The notes below the pieces were generated by a model. The model did not search any database. It saw only the letters and a list, made by a program, of their open reading frames with translations, and was not told the DNA's origin. 64,000 nucleotides of DNA, taken from NCBI GenBank assembly GCA_964035545.1, contig OZ037771.1:5613190-5677189 (forward strand). Direction: 5' to 3'. This DNA is from Bugula neritina (lineage: Eukaryota; Animalia; Bryozoa). Of this stretch, positions 51,908 to 64,000 are shown one piece after another (position 1 is the first letter of the stretch; every line of letters begins with the position of its first letter). Both the position numbers and the translations under genes were made by a program.

Positions 51908-53167
51908 CTACAGTTTAAAAATGGCAGCATTATTATATAAAGACAGTAAACAGTTGCAAAATTAAAGTGCAGGCCAACTATAGCCTAGGCATTGCTCTGT
52001 TATCTAAAACTAGTTGTTGCAGATCACATACTTCATGCAGCAGCTAAGTTTTATACATAGACAGTGATTGGCTAATTGCAGGCAATAATCTTCATAAAAT
52101 TTGTTCCCTGGAAGAACTTTTTGATATATAAAAAGCAGTTATTATGAGTTTGATTGGTGGATATGTACTGTCTACTAAAATATTTTGTTGATTAGTTTTC
52201 AGTACAGTACATATGTTTTTATTAACATTGCTGATGAATACTTTAAAGTATTATAACTGTTCACATGTCTGGCTATTTATCTTAGTTGTTTATACATAGT
52301 AATACTGTTGCGTATTAATATATTTGCTATCCATGATTATATGATCTATATGATATATTATCTATGTAATATATTACTATCTATGTAATATTATCTATGT
52401 AATATATTACCTCTGTAATAGGCTATTATCCACAATATTTGCCACCCTTTTGAATGTCTCACAACTTTTATGACAACTATAAGACGATATTGCCACTGCA
52501 AGAGATTAGCTAATACAAATTATAGTCTATTGTAACTTTAAGAGCATTTATTTGAATTTCATAATGGCTTTAGCAATGTATTGTCTTACAATATGGTTGT
52601 ATGGGTGTCAATTTAAGCAATTGCAATCATTTCAGGTACAACTATATGATATATAACAGGGTAGTGTAGGAACTACAAAGACGTAATATATTATTATAGA
52701 GCTAATTAATATCCACATCAATTGTTGATTTCAAATCATTAATTGATTTTACCAAAATTTAGCTCTACGTATAATAGAAAAAGCGACATAGCTGTGTAGT
52801 ATACTGCTTGATCTGATACTTAAGACTTTGTTTAATGTATGATCTTAATATGCTTAACGTATTCAATTGTTTCAATTTGTTTCAATAATAAATTAACACA
52901 AACGCAGACATGATCTATTATACAACCTATTATACATTTATATAAACACTTGATGCTTACATTTGCCTAATAATTTTCATTTATTTATGTCTCTTATCTA
53001 TTACTGCAAAATTACTGTAATTGCTCGAATAATTGTGTCCTACGCGTGATGGTTACCGAATGGTCATCGTGTAGGGCCTACAGTTACCCCTAGGCATAGG
53101 GAATTCGAAAGCGCCCTTAATCTTACTAAAATGATGCGTCTAAACTTTGTTTTACAAATAAAGCAAT

Positions 53168-53169
<2 letters not shown>

Positions 53170-53237
<68 letters not shown>

Positions 53238-54900
53238 AGTGCACGCCAAATAAAAATGTTATTGAGATTAAGCCTTGGAATTAACAGTAGGTTACAAATA
53301 AACCTGCATTGGTAAGTGTTAATAGAAATCTTACGCCTACAGCACAGTATTGGATCTTCATATTTTAAATTTCAATAAAAAAGTTCCTAAATAAGAAAAG
53401 TAAATTCAGGAAACACTTGCCAGTGAAAAAGTGATCACAGCTATCAGTAGTTTGAAGATAGACATCATGGAAGCATCACTAAAGCCAAAATACGTGTCCA
53501 AAGCAAAGGTGACATACTCAAATTGTTTAAATGAAAAGGCCTGAATGGAATGTTCATATTTTGTAATGAGTTTTCACAATACAATTCTTTTGAATCAGTG
53601 ATTCTTGTATACATGCCTACAGGGAAGTTTTCATATTGCCTAAAGTTGAATATATTATATAATGCAACAGGACAATTACAATACAATATAGCCCTACCAT
53701 CTATATAACATGAGAAAGGGTATCATATACTTATTCTACCAATACTTATAGTATAAATACTAATACTATAAGTGCTTATGGTGTCGGTACTCATACTATC
53801 AGTACTTATACTACCAGTACTTATGCTATCAGTACTGAAAATGTTATAATAGTCATACTATTAGTACTCATAGTATCAGGTTTATCTTCCTGCTACCGGT
53901 CCCATGTAGCATGAAGGCAAGTAAACATCTACCAAATGAAGCTAAGGCCCCACAATTGTGCTTAGCGGTGATTGTGTTGGCCTTGGAGTTCAAGGTAGGC
54001 TACTATAACACTGAGACTAATTATTGCTAACTTCAACTCCTAATATCTATATAGCATGTTGTCTCATTTGATTTCTCTCATAGCAGCAAGTCTAGCCTGT
54101 ATTTAATATATCTAAGCCAACTTAGTCATCAGACAGGGTGCTAAAACAGAAAAGAATAGCAAGCAAAAGCAGCAATAATTAGTATAGTTCAATAGTGGGA
54201 CAGGCGTGAGGTTAACAGTGGGCGTAATAGGCAGTGAGCAAATGAGTCATCCTCCCGAACTAATTCAAGACATGTAGATGCAAAACATCTATTAGAAAAC
54301 CCAACATGCTTGGGTATACAATTACATTGAAGAACTGGGTTTAGCTGATGCGTTCTAGATACATGTGAATAACTTAGTACTGCATAAATGTACGTTTCAG
54401 ATATTTTCAATTATAACATTTACAACTGTTACAAATAATTCTAATATGCCCAAATGTAGATTCATGTGTAAAAAATAAGCAGCTTAAGCAAATATTTGTT
54501 AGTGCAATATAGTTTTACTTTGCAATGATACATAATTATATTTTCCACCACAACTGCATTTCGTTGAAAAAAAACTATGCAAAAAAGGATGAAGCTGTCG
54601 GGAACATCAAAAAATATATTGTATTTTCATATAAATAATTTAAAAGTAATATATTAAGCTATAGTATAAATTGTTATACCATACACAGCATATCTAATAT
54701 TTCATGGAATTTTGTTAATGCAATCACAGCAATAAATGCAATGGCATGTAATGCAATAAAACCTGACAGGCTGTTCATTTCAATTGGACAAATGCTAGTC
54801 CAATTACTATTAGGTATAAGCTACACTTCCTCCTAGAATCTAGATGTATTTTCAGTTTTGCGTCAGCCGATTGTCAAAACTTGTGGCTGGTAGATGCCAA
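53170..54900. repeat. Local direct duplication, copy 1 (copy 2 at 55552-56642 lacks ~53303-53983); each copy begins with (TA)n
   Basis: Both copies start (TA)n-AGTGCACGCCAAATAAAAATG and end GGCTGGTAGATGCCAA; duplicate MKISETYIYAV ORFs. Confidence 0.9.
53727..53879. repeat. Degenerate ~15-bp minisatellite (TACTTATACTATCAG-like)
   Basis: About ten imperfect tandem units visible. Confidence 0.7.
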
Positions 54901-56642
<1,742 letters not shown>

Positions 56643-56939
56643 ATAAGATTGAATACAAGATAGCATTCTTCAGTGAAACGCGATACAATTGCTTTGAAGT
56701 TAGTCAACTAATTTGTGACAGTGAAAACATCACTATAGGAGAATCGGATGCGCAAGGCTTCAATATACGCTTTCAAAAAAAATATAATGAAACTAGCACT
56801 TGAGAGAGACTGGCTTGTAGTTTAACAGATCAACGCTTAATTGCTGTATATCCAGTCTCACATGTTGCAAAGATTGGTCACCTCTATATATGCTCTTTTA
56901 CTGCCTAAATGAACCAACATCTAAGCACAAGCCCATCGT

Positions 56940-57110
56940 GTGTTTTATGTTTTGTGTGTGTGCCCTGCGCATGTGTTACGTGTGTGCATGTACTGCATGT
57001 GATGTATGTGTTGTGTTGTGTGTGTGCATGTACTGTATGTGATGTATGTGTTGTATGTGTGCATGTGTTGTGTGTGATGTATGTGTTGTATGTGTGCATG
57101 TGTTGTGTTT
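56940..57110. repeat. Degenerate TG-rich simple repeat
   Basis: Directly visible. Confidence 0.85.
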
Positions 57111-59439
57111 GCGCATAGCATTGGAGAACTGAGGAAAATCTGGTCTTTGACATATAATCTGTCAAGCCCCCTAGTTCCCTTCCACTGCTAGTGTAATAAG
57201 TTGAACAGTGGTTTGGAAGTTGAAAAAGTTTAATTGTTCATATAAGAGCTCCAAGTTAATGGAGGTGACCAAGTGCAATAGTTTGGGGTTTGAAGTTTGA
57301 CCCCCTAACTGCGAAATTGAGAACCTTCACTACTCATTCATCCCCCAACTCGGAGCTGCTTGGGAATTTTTTTTAAAAGCTTGATGTTTGATTTTTGTTA
57401 GGGGAAATTAAAGTACAGTATTGCTTTGTTTCAAATAATTAAAAATTAAAATATTTTGCTGAATTTCAGGGTGTTTCTGCTAATGAAAACCCAACCACTC
57501 TATCTGAACCTGGAATAGACGAATTACCATTCTAAATTGAAGATCCTGGATCAATAGATTGTGAGACAGAACTGCAGTAATGTGAAATAACTAAGTTAAT
57601 TTTCCATCTTTCAAACTGCGCCCATGATGTCTTACGATTTCCTTTCATTATTTGGGCACAATGTGACAGCTCGAATAAACACTGCCCATAATAATTCTAA
57701 ACTAGGTTTTAATCTTTGCCTATTAATTATTGAAGCTGATGCCACAGTTGGATATATTTATGCTATTTATTTCACATAATATATAAACAATGTTGGTTAA
57801 TAGTCTGTAGACCTCCGTGAACAAACCTTGGGTCCTTCAGAGTTTTTAATTTATTTGCTAAACGATGGCCTGATTTAAGGCATTTTCTGTACCTACACTT
57901 TTCATATAATTTTCTCATTTTACTTTTTGATAATCAACTAAATAATCAAAACTGTTTTTTCATGTTCCACTTCTCCTTATTAATAAACTTAAATAATATG
58001 TATAAATTAAATTATAAGTATAAAAACACCTTTTTGTTTTCTATAAATACTTTAAATATTATTTGTTCACCTATCAGGGTTCAATAAATGCAGGCCATTA
58101 TTATGTTCCTTTCAATATGACAGTTATAATCTCTTTTTTGACTTGTAAGCTTGCAATGTTTGAAATTATATTTACATACTAAAATAAAGTTTAGCATAGC
58201 TAAATAAAGCAGAGGATGTTAAACCAGGTGTAGGTACCTTCTTGCTAAGGTATAGGAGATGAAAGATATGCTTGGTTTCAGTATATTTATGCAGATAAGT
58301 CAGTGTATGTATGGAAAAGCAGTTGATAGCAGCAACCTCCTTTCACTGATTTTCTCACCATCAACTCAGAACTGAAAGCATTCATTATTATACTGTTGAG
58401 AGGATTGACAAACTGAGCTGAATCAAACTGGTAGAACTCAGTTGGGTGTTTCACATTCCACTGCCTTACATGGACTACAAACTTACTTTGCATAGCATAT
58501 AGAATTGCAGCAAGTCGGCATACACATGTAATATATTTTGTAGTTGAGCTGACTTTAATTATTGTTTGCTGCTGGTATGATAAGGCTGTGCCAGACATGA
58601 GTGAACAGACAAATCAAACAACAGAACTTTGATTTGTGCTCAATTAGCTAAAACATACACATAGTATAACATTTATGTAAGGTGTATATAGAGTATATTA
58701 TATAGCACATCTAGTATATAGTATACATTATACAAAATATATTATAATATACTCTATACAGATACATGTTATATGTACTATAATATACTACATATAATAT
58801 AGTAAAGTGAGCCCATCAAGATGTAAATGAAGACAATTAAATTCATCTTTCTGCAGTACTTTTTATCATACAGCAAATTATTCTGTGACTCCACATTGAA
58901 ATACTTCTGCTAAAAAGAGTTTATGAATTGGTGCAGATATAAAATTCCAAATGCTTGGAACAATGAGAAAAGCATTGAAAAAGCTTTCACTCTATTTTGA
59001 AAAAGCTTGCACAAATACCAGCATGTTCACTTCAATACAGACTCTGCTGCCTAGAGCTAGTCTATACCGGGTTTAAGACGAGATACATCTCTGAATAATT
59101 GAGTCAAATTCTTATAGTTGAAGGAGAAAACATGGTAATAACTCATCACTATAACTAGCTGCCAATTCACTGTAGTATTAAATATATCAATGCATTTTAG
59201 TCATACTCTAGCATAGTTCTTGTTATAATACAGTATATGTCATCTGCAGTATTATAGTGTATTTTTTATATATTAAAGCATCATATTTTCTCTTATATGA
59301 TGGTATGCAATATAGTCCAGTCATGTCATATTGTAGTACTTGTTATATGATAAGATAACTCCTCGCATATTATAGTATAATTCTTATTATGTTATTATTG
59401 TATGTTAGATAGGGGTATTATTATATATTCTTTATGCAG

Positions 59440-63806
<4,367 letters not shown>

Positions 63807-64000
63807 GTAAGTAGAGAGAGCACTAAGCACTAATATAATACTGGGTTGAAATTTAAAAAAAACCAGATATTGTTATGACTTTTCATCAATTAAGCTTATA
63901 TTTAAATTGAAGGATCATGAGAGAGTAAGCAGCTCTAGTTGCTCATGTATGAACAGTAACTTCACTTATTCCAACAACTTCATTACCTGGTACCAGAATT

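Noticed and set aside
53727-53879. CRISPR-like short repeat array
   Set aside because: Contiguous degenerate tandem units without unique spacers, eukaryotic context, no cas genes.
57100-58620. Possible upstream exons of the plus-strand gene (~57120, ~57470, ~58300)
   Set aside because: Each has a stop codon in the frames I tried; could not be joined confidently.
58900-59000. Minus-strand IVPSIWN resembling the C-terminus of LINE reverse transcriptases
   Set aside because: Too short and degenerate to call.

Overview
AT-rich, intron-containing animal DNA, most likely an invertebrate; the taxon cannot be identified from the sequence. Bases 1-52 kb hold a minus-strand tandem array of Toll-like receptor (TLR)-type genes. 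I reconstructed their exons by hand from GT-AG sites and reading-frame phase: signal-peptide exon 1, a 368-nt LRR-NT/LRR exon 2, a short LRR exon 3, a long LRR/LRR-CT/TM exon 4 and a TIR exon 5. Three paralog types repeat with a ~23.4-kb period. Type A has the full architecture but two in-frame TGA codons. Type B has an open ectodomain that stops at the end of its hydrophobic segment, giving a TIR-less, GPI-signal-like C-terminus with a decayed TIR downstream. Type C is LRR-stalk-TM-TIR with open exons 2-5 (exon 1 not located). Order on + coordinates: B0 (exon 1 only; array continues off the left edge), C0 (deleted pseudogene), A1, B1, C1 (chimera), A2, B2, C2. The paralogs are mosaics of near-identical blocks (exon 2, LRR-CT region, TIR core) and a highly variable non-LRR island in the ectodomain. 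Also present: a 14.6-kb near-identical duplication, a 260-bp foldback insertion, tRNA-derived SINEs, a Penelope-like GIY-YIG fragment with a degenerate hammerhead ribozyme, microsatellites, and 8 in-frame exons of an unidentified plus-strand gene at 59.4-63.8 kb. All comparisons were made by eye; no searches were run.
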